Shown one piece after another: positions 54,301 through 61,822 of a DNA stretch of 64,000 nucleotides (position 1 is its first letter; the number at the start of each line of letters is the position of its first letter). The notes under the pieces are model-generated. The model saw nothing but the letters and a program-made list of their open reading frames with translations, did not search any database and was not told the origin of the DNA. This DNA comes from Candidatus Woesearchaeota archaeon (GTDB lineage Archaea > Nanobdellota > Nanobdellia > Woesearchaeales > WJIZ01). The stretch is from the NCBI GenBank assembly GCA_018221205.1, contig JAAOYF010000046.1, positions 1,999-65,998 of the forward strand, in the 5' to 3' direction. Both the position numbers and the translations under genes were made by a program.

Positions 54301-57300
54301 ACAGCGATGTGGGCAATTACACCATCAGGTTCACGGCGACAGATTCCTGGGGAAGCTCAAGCCTCAACGACACCAATTTCACTGTCAATAACACACCTGA
54401 ATTCCCCTATATGTTCATCCCAAACATCAATGCGACACAGAACGAGACCTTGCTGTATAATCTCAGCGCAAATGTGACAGATGAGGACCAGAATACGATC
54501 TTCGGTGATATACTCCATTTCTATTCAAATGGAAGCTTCTCGGGGAACTTCTCTGTTAATGAATTGACTGGCTTGATGAATTTCACCCCTGACGGGTCAG
54601 ATGGAGGAATTTTCTATCTGAACATCACAGTAAATGACAGCGCGGGATTAATAAGCACACAGACGATCATCCTCACTGTCGAATTGATCAATTACCCACC
54701 TGAACTGGACACTATCTGCGACAACCTGACCAGCGCCAGGGAAGATGTATTCTTCAGCTGCACAGTCAATGCTACAGATGCCAACCCTAGCGATAATCTC
54801 ACTTTCAATGTGAGCATCATCGGAGGAGGCAGTTGGTTCAACATCAATGCATCAGGATATGTGAACTTCACCCCGATTAATGCGAATGTCGGCAACCATA
54901 CCCTCAACTTCACTGTCTATGATGGAGTGCTCTGGGATTATCGACTCATCAATTTCTCAGTGAACAACACAAATGACGCCCCTGTGTTTGATGCCAATCC
55001 GAATCTTAATGGGACAGAAGACATTCTTTTCAACTATACGCTGAATGTGAGCGATGACGATTTATCAGTGCCTGTAGGTGAGAACCTTTCCTATTTCTCG
55101 AACAGCACGTTCTTTACTGTCAATCAATCTACCGGACAGATTGTTTTCATACCGAACAGCAGCCAGGTCGGGAATTATTCTATCAAGTTCAATGTCTCAG
55201 ACCTGAACGGAAGCTTTGATACCCTTATCAGAAACTTCACCATCAGTTTCTATGATGACTTCCCTGTATTGCAATTCATACCCAATCTCATCGTCGAGGA
55301 ATTATCGCAGCTGTATCATGACGTCAACGCGACTGACGAGGAAGATGCTGAAAACCTGCTGAGATTCAGGACCAACGCCTCTGCTGCCCTTTTTGTCATC
55401 AATGTGCTTACTGGAGAGATCAATTTCACTGCGAATGCATCACAGGCAGGCATACATCATATCAACTTAACGGTCAACGATACTATAGGCAGAGAGACCT
55501 CTCAAGTGTTCAACCTGACGGTCACCTTATTCAATTTCGATCCCAATATCACTACAGTCTATCCTTATGGAACCCCTAAAGTGAGCTATACTGAATTCTC
55601 GTTCGCCAACAGATCAGATTTTCCGACCAATATCACCTCGATCAACCTTGCGGAAAATAATACCTATCTCTTCAATGTCTCTATCCAAGACGGCAATGGC
55701 GATAACATCAACTACAGTTGGTATAAGAATGGGACGCTTGTCTACAGTTCGAACGAAACATCGAGCTTCAACTATTCAGTGGGCCTGACAGATGAGGGAT
55801 TGCGGAACATCACCGTGATCATCTCAGACGGTCGTGGAGGCACTGACAGATTCAGCTGGAATGCGACAGTGAACAATTCAAACAGAAAGCCCTTATTCGG
55901 TGTGAAGGAATATGATGAAGAATCAGAGTTTTCCGGAACAGAGAATGACACCAATGTCACATCTGGAGGCATCATCCTTGCTGTCAACGGCAGCGTATTC
56001 GCCAATGCCGGCGATTATGTCTCCCTATCTATCGATATGGGTGCATTGGTGAGCAGTTTCTATAATCCTATCGGCTATACGACGATTGAGTGGGTCGCAA
56101 CCACCCCCGCAGACACGAGTGTCACAGCACAGACACGGACTTCTGACAATGGTGTGAGCTGGGGCAACTGGAGTTCCCCTTACAGCTCGGGATCGAGGAT
56201 CACCTCAACGAACACGACTTATATCCAGTATAAGCTGAATTACCAGACGAACAATACTGCTTCAACTCCAAATGTCACGACTGTACGCATCAGACATATC
56301 ATCCCTGATCTGCTCGCTGACCAGGGAGATACCAATCCAAACTGGATTGACCTTGATGATTATTTCATTGATATCGATACTGAAGATACACTACAATTCA
56401 CAGTGACGGGCTACACCAATATCCAATTTTCTATCAGCAGCAGTACCCATGTCGTCGGTATCACCATCCCCAACACGGCGACAGGCGAAGAGGTCATCTA
56501 TTTCACTGTAAATGACTCGTATGATACTGAAGTGAGCAATAATATCACGATAACCATCAATGAAACACCCCAGCAATCTGCTGTTGAAATCGTGACTGTC
56601 ACCACCACTAAGAGCAAGACCGTCATTAAATTCAGGCCTCGGGATGTTGAAGTGTATGAACCACTGCAGATCCTTGTGCCTCAGCATCTGACGAGTTTTG
56701 ATGATGAGACCATGGTGGCTCCGATCAAGCTTTCGAATATGGGGGAATCACTGCTGACCGGCATAACTTTATCTGCCGGTACCAATGCTGAAGGAGTGGA
56801 ATTATGGTTCAGCCGGAATACCTTCGACAGTCTCAGTCCAGGAACAGAATTTGAAACTGACCTTTTCATGAGATGGACAGGCCTTATTGCAGAATTTGAC
56901 GTCATCGTCAATGCAACCTCGATTGACCCTGTCTTCACTGATTCTGCCATTGTCTCGGTAACAGGCATCAAGCGTGTCGAGAGCAACCGCAGTATCGTCG
57001 AGGACCATATCTCTTTTGTTCGCGATCTCCTTGCGAATAATCCACGCTGTCTGGAGTTGAATGAGCTGGTTGAAGAATCAGAGAAGGCATTAGCGGCAGG
57101 CGACCTGACGAAAGCACGGAACCTCTGGAACTTTGTGATCAATGGTTGCCGAACCTTATTGGAATCTGTGCAGGACGTTGAACAATCCACACCCATTCAG
57201 CAGAGAGAAGGAGATTTGTTCAAGATCGTCTCAGGAGTACTGCTCTTGCTGCTGTTCATCACTGCAATCATCATCCTGGCACTTGCAAGAAGAAAGAAAT

Positions 57301-57308
57301 CAATGTAA
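48312..57308 (+). CDS. Giant-3, a 2998-aa polytopic surface protein built as two modules, [TM1, cadherin-like Ig domains, Cys-rich, TM2] and [sequon-free loop, TM3 + DITG motif, giant-1-like N-domain, ~9 cadherin-like (He_PIG/CADG-type) repeats, C-terminal domain, TM4 + RRKK]
   Basis: Continuous 9-kb ORF. Hydrophobic helices at nt ~48481-48531, 49989-50045, 50581-50631 and 57226-57288. Repeats bounded by N-[DNT]-[AY]-P-[VEIY]-[FM] run 53170-55800. The 50700-52280 block is homologous to giant-1 6780-8200. Protein ends ...ILALARRKKSM. Confidence 0.85.
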   Translation: MIKRNRAKKFVEEALDRGHSLKDIKLVMDKRGYSRQEIKQVVQEYEHPWKISNNTLAVFVIVLALGSLLGNYYLLQSMEAPEPEVTAMVSIARATFCVNAGPTINTSDCNATASVNTPYDCEINATDTDIGTAYNFTDNTTLFDINSTTGEINFTPTIGDIGSYHINFSVFDGSGCSNEYISSIFNLTISLDCGSKQAPQFTDLGTTYNFSRKENLSLYINASDPDNDSITINAELVSSNAYTPFNVSEILNGNWINFTPTIAHVGWHLFNISVTDNSSCQNDTSWQLVNVTVWANNSAPQYIGSSGDLDYTLNEDTTVNNVYNLDDYFNDSDGDCLKYEISYSVANPILNIVVNNNDDPRDLSSCPSDHLVTLIPSPNQFGTVIAFIIANDTLNVSEIVTVTFTILNVAEVISLPTPSSGGGGGGPTLNLCNERWTCTPWNQSECVNGFMTRECDDLNDCHTTKFQPNETKICQYIDHCSDGVKNFDEDGVDCGGSCQASCSTCFDAVMNCHKLVNGTQICEEGVDCGGLCQACSLADLVGKIDLEKEPLSPTQQTFRWLMFWILLFIVLAILTYWTIKKMQPPKKKSEQEEVKKFSALWWLRLIQRHRQDVRTTQLELMARPSKLTLFWEKATFFWPRKAPDYIPNLDQKIKTLRKKVSKNDNEHVAKKLGEYMKLWLAHDFNIEYSATYEELSQEMRERKKKELIHGKIEPFFDDLVKAEFSGRQIADKKMRSLITTALSIMTFRPKPRRQTPVVASIVVILALLGAMFLQPDITGLFTFTQEQSIDVFMQFNASGTLPLDIIGADSISIDGWISQDAEIYIYAGDSIVLDSSLLKKGKTPTRTDVKIPFTEGIKQIDAKIDYGDSAWDPDNDGVEPIENAVDVSVKGSLFNGIDDKGKLCTLWEIENDAKSFICNGNVDCCALLETLPENDEWDEPLFLSYGKHGAKEENIVWARIYYINYNLDPENAYSEIVESEQESISVYFEPSTIGFEKECVESCSFTFDRKELKIELMKGELFIEKVHYGKRINAPPLVRALPNISSDINKEIIINLKDYIEDAENDSLSYAITGLRDFIIAYEGDLLRITPPEDYEGQSTVFIIANDSTSIGVSNLFDITVRKILEETVQEKAEVGKPVKWIKKVHAYNKSIIKLDHVPMNVTVQGIEGLSKRTLHKITVKDQDRFIPLQNYLRAPQVVGVAAAEDDLLPAELMIDEDIQEIEIEYYTEAPELIEEEVTTSLKKVVISSPVHYENITAFTAIDDKPRSAIHLFRTTDGIREKVSFEAFDENANGLIDKIEWIVPHLSNQTYEVEISVLNVQSYPTVGGIWEVRFNTTGKANLTISAINNTLYGSSLPNDLLPDELQCGFTDLNYTWEGNDVTYNDYECNQTGYWKVIVLTEGVHNQQFTFGDAVAYANNLASVNGTGGNLTVWDDSDLGEVFATDNVTFSVNYTNGFQISNGTCEVEFNLTGSYQNKTNMTYNGVASPWTYNRSIPYKGTSYFHVICQNATMPTLNVTDSVYINNTSPTFNKSAGKLPSLVCVEDTPCEYNMSKYVIDPDLNDDFTFDYGALSIRNLTEHPDCSNCWVFNFDHGKFIVNVTTSDHANQTPWSPVVSVLDSDGGSDSATVDISMSEVNDYPVFTNPSGISLTDATAESVYNYDVDATDEEDITTTDYNFTILSCQQVYLSDCSALNVSINRTTGIISGTPGTFDPGNYTLNLSTTDNDTAITWKLVNLSVIDVNNAPVFDLVCAGSRSALEDSAFNCTINASDADADPLTFGSNYSWFTLDSTGARSVLANFTPTNAEVGNYTIKLNVTDGLLTTSTFINFSVNNTNDVPYMLNITNQLAVVNIDFRRNVSGHDDDLYQPYNIFNAVGDTLSFTINLSFMSITKINATSATMNFTPASGQEGNYSVLVNVSDNAGTYGITTFNLTIRNNTAPIIKWICDNDRIIQEEEVFKCWVNATDIDGDNFTFSTNGTWFNINATSGNVSMILNDSDVGNYTIRFTATDSWGSSSLNDTNFTVNNTPEFPYMFIPNINATQNETLLYNLSANVTDEDQNTIFGDILHFYSNGSFSGNFSVNELTGLMNFTPDGSDGGIFYLNITVNDSAGLISTQTIILTVELINYPPELDTICDNLTSAREDVFFSCTVNATDANPSDNLTFNVSIIGGGSWFNINASGYVNFTPINANVGNHTLNFTVYDGVLWDYRLINFSVNNTNDAPVFDANPNLNGTEDILFNYTLNVSDDDLSVPVGENLSYFSNSTFFTVNQSTGQIVFIPNSSQVGNYSIKFNVSDLNGSFDTLIRNFTISFYDDFPVLQFIPNLIVEELSQLYHDVNATDEEDAENLLRFRTNASAALFVINVLTGEINFTANASQAGIHHINLTVNDTIGRETSQVFNLTVTLFNFDPNITTVYPYGTPKVSYTEFSFANRSDFPTNITSINLAENNTYLFNVSIQDGNGDNINYSWYKNGTLVYSSNETSSFNYSVGLTDEGLRNITVIISDGRGGTDRFSWNATVNNSNRKPLFGVKEYDEESEFSGTENDTNVTSGGIILAVNGSVFANAGDYVSLSIDMGALVSSFYNPIGYTTIEWVATTPADTSVTAQTRTSDNGVSWGNWSSPYSSGSRITSTNTTYIQYKLNYQTNNTASTPNVTTVRIRHIIPDLLADQGDTNPNWIDLDDYFIDIDTEDTLQFTVTGYTNIQFSISSSTHVVGITIPNTATGEEVIYFTVNDSYDTEVSNNITITINETPQQSAVEIVTVTTTKSKTVIKFRPRDVEVYEPLQILVPQHLTSFDDETMVAPIKLSNMGESLLTGITLSAGTNAEGVELWFSRNTFDSLSPGTEFETDLFMRWTGLIAEFDVIVNATSIDPVFTDSAIVSVTGIKRVESNRSIVEDHISFVRDLLANNPRCLELNELVEESEKALAAGDLTKARNLWNFVINGCRTLLESVQDVEQSTPIQQREGDLFKIVSGVLLLLLFITAIIILALARRKKSM

Positions 57309-57908
57309 TGTCTTCATGACATCATTTATCTTTTCCCGATGAAAACCTAGGGCATGCAATTCTGTCCGTAGTTGGGAACGGCTTATGCCCAGTTCGTGGC
57401 TCACCAGAGCATATCGCTGCATATAATCAAATTCCTTGTCCTGCATATGATCAATGAGATCCAGGACTTCTTCTTTAGTCTCTTTTTCGACGGCCTCTTT
57501 ACCTTCTTTCACCTTTTGCTTCTTATGCAGTTGGTTCTTCTTTTCTTTCTCTGCTTTTTCTGCTTTATTCATTAAAGTGCCTAAGAAAGATCTGTCCTCG
57601 ACATGCGTGGCTATCAAATCCCTAATGATGGTCCTGATCTCTTCATGCATGATGTCCATCTCCACTTTAGAAGACTTTTTTTGGCTGTATTCAAGATCCT
57701 GGAAGCGTTGGCAGAGCATCTGGACAGCAGACTTGACTTCTGGAACGAGCTTTCTCTTCTTGATCACCGTTTTCAGCTCTTCAAACGTATATTGATAGCG
57801 GATGCCCATCACATCCCTCAGAATCTCTCTCAGCAGCGCTGCTAAACTGTCAATAGAATGGGCTTGAGCCAGCTTTCTCAGGTACTTTTCCCTATGTAAT
57901 CCTGCCAT
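57300..57908 (-). CDS. Hypothetical helical protein convergent on the giant-3 stop
   Basis: ORF-track 202 aa, Lys/Glu-rich with a coiled-coil-like middle. No motif recognised. Confidence 0.4.
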   Translation of the reverse strand: MAGLHREKYLRKLAQAHSIDSLAALLREILRDVMGIRYQYTFEELKTVIKKRKLVPEVKSAVQMLCQRFQDLEYSQKKSSKVEMDIMHEEIRTIIRDLIATHVEDRSFLGTLMNKAEKAEKEKKNQLHKKQKVKEGKEAVEKETKEEVLDLIDHMQDKEFDYMQRYALVSHELGISRSQLRTELHALGFHREKINDVMKTLH

Positions 57909-58004
57909 AGATGAAAAAGGCTTTTGAATCTATATAAAAGTTTGTCTTCACTCTTTTATAGTGGGACAATAAAGTATATATAGGATAAAATAAGAAAGGG
58001 TAAT

Positions 58005-59291
58005 ATGCCTAGGCTGAAGACTAAAAAAAGGGGTAAAGCTGATAGAATCGACCGGCTGAGAGCAAAGCTGGAGAGGGATCAGTCTCGACTCAATCGACGA
58101 GGCCCCAAACATATGGCTGATGTCGAAGAACAGATTAAACAGATTTCTAAACAAGGATCTAAACAAACTGAACCAGAACCAGAACATGAGCCAAGATCAA
58201 CAGCTGCGACAGTACGGGCGGATGAAACACAAGATGCAGTAGATAGGATCGTCAATTCTGTCAAGGACCAGGCACAGGAGCCGACAGACCAACTGCAGAA
58301 ATTTTTGCTGAGCAAGACGTATGCCAACAGGTTAAAGGCATATGTCAAGGTCTTTGCAGATGTCAGAAAAGAGATCGCTAAACTTGTCGTCGGGCAGGAT
58401 GAGATAGTAACTGCACTTCTTCGTGCGTTGGTCTCTGACGGCCACGTCTTGATAGAGGGCGTCCCGGGAATCGCAAAAACAACCTTGATCAGGGCCCTCT
58501 CTAAAACTCTTGACTGCTCTTTTGCGCGAATCCAGTTCACTCCCGATCTTCTGCCGAGCGATATCATCGGCATCAGCACCTATCAGGAAGGAAGAGGATT
58601 CTATACTTTAAAAGGACCTATCTTCAATAATTTTATCCTGGCAGATGAGATCAACAGGGCGCCGCCTAAAGTACAGAGTGCGCTGCTCGAGAGCATGGCA
58701 GAGAAACAGGCCACTATCGCCAAGGAGACCTTTCCTGTTCCGCTACCCTTTTTCACCATGGCAACACAGAATCCCTTAGAGAGCATGGGGACCTATACCT
58801 TGCCAGAAGCACAGATCGACAGATTCCTGTTCAAGCTCTATATGGGCTATCCTAATATTGAAGATGAGCAGCTGATTCTCCGCTCGAACATCAATGAGCA
58901 GCTCTTTGATACGTATGAGATAAAGCCCATACTCAATCCAGAGACCCTTCTCGATATCCAGGCCGATTCAAAGAAGATATATGTCGCAAAGAAAGTGGAG
59001 AAGTATATCGTGCGCATCGTCGATGCGACACGAAATCCGAAGAAGTACGGCGTTTCACTGGGCAAATATATCGACTATGGAGGCTCACCTCGAGCATCTA
59101 TCGGCATCTTCAAAGCTGCCAGATCTGATGCGATGATCCATGGGCAGAATTTTGTCACTCCACACCATGTCAAGGCAGTCACGAAGGATGTCTTGAGGCA
59201 TCGACTGCTGATGAGTTATGAAGGGCAGGCAGAGAATATCAAATCAGAAGATATCATCGATGAAATCCTGAAAAAGGTTCCTGTTCCATGA
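58005..59291 (+). CDS. MoxR-family AAA+ ATPase
   Basis: VGQDEIVTALLRALVSDGHVLIEGVPGIAKTTLIRALSK (Walker A) and FILADEINRAPPKVQSALLESMAE (Walker B/sensor) are typical of MoxR. Confidence 0.9.
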   Translation: MPRLKTKKRGKADRIDRLRAKLERDQSRLNRRGPKHMADVEEQIKQISKQGSKQTEPEPEHEPRSTAATVRADETQDAVDRIVNSVKDQAQEPTDQLQKFLLSKTYANRLKAYVKVFADVRKEIAKLVVGQDEIVTALLRALVSDGHVLIEGVPGIAKTTLIRALSKTLDCSFARIQFTPDLLPSDIIGISTYQEGRGFYTLKGPIFNNFILADEINRAPPKVQSALLESMAEKQATIAKETFPVPLPFFTMATQNPLESMGTYTLPEAQIDRFLFKLYMGYPNIEDEQLILRSNINEQLFDTYEIKPILNPETLLDIQADSKKIYVAKKVEKYIVRIVDATRNPKKYGVSLGKYIDYGGSPRASIGIFKAARSDAMIHGQNFVTPHHVKAVTKDVLRHRLLMSYEGQAENIKSEDIIDEILKKVPVP

Positions 59292-60181
59292 AAGAGATTA
59301 AGTTAGACATTCTTCCCCTCATCAAGAAGCTTGAAACGTTTTTGAAGAAAGGATTCTCTCATGATTTGATGGCAGGCAACTATCTTTCTGTGTATAAAGG
59401 GAAAGGCATGGAATTCGTCGGATTTCGAGAATATTCTCCGAGCGATGATGCTATGCTCATAGACTGGAAAGCTTCTTTGCGAGCGCATAAACCGATGGTA
59501 AGGGTACTGCAAGAGGAAAGAAATCTGACTGTGTTTTTTCTCATGGACGTTTCAGACAGCATGCTGACTGGCTCACACAGCAAATTGAAATGCGAGTATG
59601 CCGCTGAGATGATCGCTACACTCAGCTACGCCATCCAACAGGTAGGCGACAATGTAGGCATTGCGATGTTCAACGATAAGGTAGTAGATTTCATCCCTCC
59701 TTCTCCTGGAAGGCATCAGTTCTATCAGATTGTGAGAAGCCTGAAGAATCCAGAACACTATGGCGGCAAATTCGACATATCCTATGCACTGGAGTACTTG
59801 GTTACGTTGGGTTTCCTGGAAAAGGATTCTATCGTGTTCCTTATCAGCGATTTCATCGGCATGAAACCAGGATGGGACCATACCTTGAAGTTAGCAGGCC
59901 TGAAGTATGACCTGACGGCAATCGTTGTGCGCGATCCGGTAGATCTACGCATGCCTTCCATACCTGGAGAATTCGAATTACGAGATCCCCTGTCAGGGAA
60001 TCAATTGCTCATCAATCCTGTCGAAGCCAAAGAAGGGTATGAGCGCGAGGTAAAGAAACAGTTGGCAGTACTGCAGAGTGAGCTTAAAAAGACTGCCTCG
60101 AATTATCTCTTATTAGAGACAGACCAGGAGTTTGTCAACGACATCATCACGTTTTTCAGGAGGAGACTCAGAACACATTAG
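59288..60181 (+). CDS. DUF58-domain protein, MoxR operon partner
   Basis: GMEFVGFREYSPSDDAMLIDWKASLRA is the DUF58 hallmark. It overlaps the MoxR stop by 4 nt. Confidence 0.8.
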   Translation: MKEIKLDILPLIKKLETFLKKGFSHDLMAGNYLSVYKGKGMEFVGFREYSPSDDAMLIDWKASLRAHKPMVRVLQEERNLTVFFLMDVSDSMLTGSHSKLKCEYAAEMIATLSYAIQQVGDNVGIAMFNDKVVDFIPPSPGRHQFYQIVRSLKNPEHYGGKFDISYALEYLVTLGFLEKDSIVFLISDFIGMKPGWDHTLKLAGLKYDLTAIVVRDPVDLRMPSIPGEFELRDPLSGNQLLINPVEAKEGYEREVKKQLAVLQSELKKTASNYLLLETDQEFVNDIITFFRRRLRTH

Positions 60182-60182
60182 C

Positions 60183-61118
60183 ATGGTAGAAGTAACTTTT
60201 GTGAACGCCCAGTACCTTTGGCTACTTTTCATCATCCCTTTCCTCATCCTTACCCATTTCTATGGATTGAGATTCTCGAGGAAGAAAGCGATGCGCTTCG
60301 CCAACCTTGAAGCTTTAGCACGAGTGAGCGGCGGCCGAAAACTTTCGATGAACCTTCCCCTGCTTTTCCTGCGTTTCTTCACTCTGCTGTTCCTTATTTT
60401 TGCGTTATCACAGCCCATCTTCTGGTATATCGGAGAGGGAAGCGATTTCAATTTTCTTATCGCAATCGACAGTTCAGGGAGCATGTTGGCGGATGATTTC
60501 CCTCCCAATAGGCTAGAGGCAGCCAAGACCGCAGCCAAGGAGTTCATCAACACTGTCCCCAAAGATGCGAAGGTCGGCCTGATGAGTTTTTCGGGAACAC
60601 AATTCATCAAACAGGTGATGACTGAAGATTTTGAGGCAGTTGAGCTTGCTATTGACGGAGTGAACGTCGAATACAGCTCGGGAACCGCAGTCGGCGACGC
60701 TATCATAGCCGGAAGCAATATGATTATCAGCGAGGAGAAAGGAAGGGTCATCGTGCTGCTGACAGACGGACAGAGCAATGCAGGTACGGTTCTTGAGAAG
60801 GCCATCAATTATGCCAACGATAATTTTATCACGGTGTATACCATCGGCATGGCGACTGCTGAAGGGGGCAGATTCCAGGGCATCGAGGCGTTGTCTACCA
60901 TCGATGATAGCTCTTTGGAAATGATAGCGAAAAATACAGGCGGCGCATTTTATCGTGCTGTCAACACGAATGAACTGATTGAGGCTTACCGAGAGATTGC
61001 GCAGACATCGAAGAAGAAAGTCCCTATCAGGTTGGCCATCTGGTTCACCATCCTTGCCTTCCTTGCCCTTACAAGTGAATGGGTCATCGTAAATACAAAA
61101 TTCCGTTCAGTGCCATAA
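60183..61118 (+). CDS. von Willebrand factor A (BatA-like) membrane protein
   Basis: Two N-terminal TM helices, then FLIAIDSSGSMLADDFPPNRLEAAKTAAKEFI (VWA MIDAS DxSxS motif), then a C-terminal TM. The ORF-track start at 60132 overlaps DUF58, so the ATG at 60183 (MVEVTF) is preferred. Confidence 0.8.
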   Translation: MVEVTFVNAQYLWLLFIIPFLILTHFYGLRFSRKKAMRFANLEALARVSGGRKLSMNLPLLFLRFFTLLFLIFALSQPIFWYIGEGSDFNFLIAIDSSGSMLADDFPPNRLEAAKTAAKEFINTVPKDAKVGLMSFSGTQFIKQVMTEDFEAVELAIDGVNVEYSSGTAVGDAIIAGSNMIISEEKGRVIVLLTDGQSNAGTVLEKAINYANDNFITVYTIGMATAEGGRFQGIEALSTIDDSSLEMIAKNTGGAFYRAVNTNELIEAYREIAQTSKKKVPIRLAIWFTILAFLALTSEWVIVNTKFRSVP

Positions 61119-61151
61119 CGACTGGTTACATGTCGGAAATCAAGAATTTCC

Positions 61152-61178
61152 GAGCACATTCAGCATAGCTGAATGCTC
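61152..61178 (+). other. Strong hairpin (GAGCaCATTCAGC-ata-GCTGAATG-GCTC), a terminator-like or regulatory stem-loop after the VWA gene
   Basis: An 8-bp perfect stem (CATTCAGC/GCTGAATG) with a 3-nt loop, extended by GAGC/GCTC with one bulged base. No downstream T-tract. Confidence 0.35.
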
Positions 61179-61242
61179 AGTCGATATCTATGATAACCAC
61201 GATTCAAAATGTTTTTAAAACGAGACATAATCTAGTGTGTAG

Positions 61243-61479
61243 GTGATACTCATGGCTAAAACAAACAAAGATGAACAAATCGGATTTCACAAAGGTGCAT
61301 TGAGCACGCTTGCCAAAGAGCGAGAGGAAATGCTGCGTATTCTTCAGATTGTTGAGCAGCTTATGCAGATGCATGTCAAAGGCCTCAAAGACTTAGGGGT
61401 AGATCTGGAAGCTGCTGCGAAAGCCAGCAAAGGCAAGAATAAGAAAAAAGCCAAGCCTATCGAAGATATGCTGCGATAA
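61243..61479 (+). CDS. Small hypothetical protein (78 aa; Lys-rich C-terminus)
   Basis: ORF track only; helical with no recognisable motif. It overlaps the 3' end of the minus-strand VKOR-like gene by 23 nt. Confidence 0.3.
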   Translation: MILMAKTNKDEQIGFHKGALSTLAKEREEMLRILQIVEQLMQMHVKGLKDLGVDLEAAAKASKGKNKKKAKPIEDMLR

Positions 61480-61822
61480 AGAGCAGGATATTGATTACAT
61501 AGGTAAGAGAGCAGATAACACAGAAATTCTTCTGTCTTATATATGAGATATAGGCAAGATAGAGAGAGATAGCAACTCCTAGCGCAGTGAGATAAAGGAG
61601 ATATTCTTGGAAGAGGAAGAGCGAGGAGTAGAACGCTATCCCATAGATCGGATTAGGAATATTGAAATGCTTCCCATACTTGCTTGAGAACGCTTTTGTG
61701 CAGGAGATGTTTTCTGATATGTCACATATGGGTCTGAATGGTTTTTTTGCGTATCTTCTTTCTACGTAGAGGGAATAGAGTGAAAGGATCAGTCCGATCA
61801 ATGCCAGTATCTTCTCAATCAT
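61457..61822 (-). CDS. VKOR/DsbB-like integral membrane thiol-disulfide oxidoreductase
   Basis: 121 aa with about 4 TM helices, a loop Cys pair (CDISENISC) and a CxxC (CVIC) at the start of the last helix, which is the layout of vitamin K epoxide reductase-family proteins. Confidence 0.45.
   Translation of the reverse strand: MIEKILALIGLILSLYSLYVERRYAKKPFRPICDISENISCTKAFSSKYGKHFNIPNPIYGIAFYSSLFLFQEYLLYLTALGVAISLYLAYISYIRQKNFCVICSLTYVINILLFIAAYLR

Noticed and set aside
7385-57196. Numerous 60-240-aa minus-strand ORFs inside the giant genes (for example 7385-7978, 12402-13034, 13266-13985 and 56681-57196)
   Set aside because: All are antisense to long, motif-rich coding sequence. They are Ile/Ser/Arg-rich low-complexity translations typical of the reverse frame of an AT-rich gene, with no independent support.
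48312-57308. Splitting giant-3 into two genes at ~50050
   Set aside because: There is no stop codon or frameshift in the junction. The two-module interpretation is kept as a finding about topology and fusion, not as separate features.
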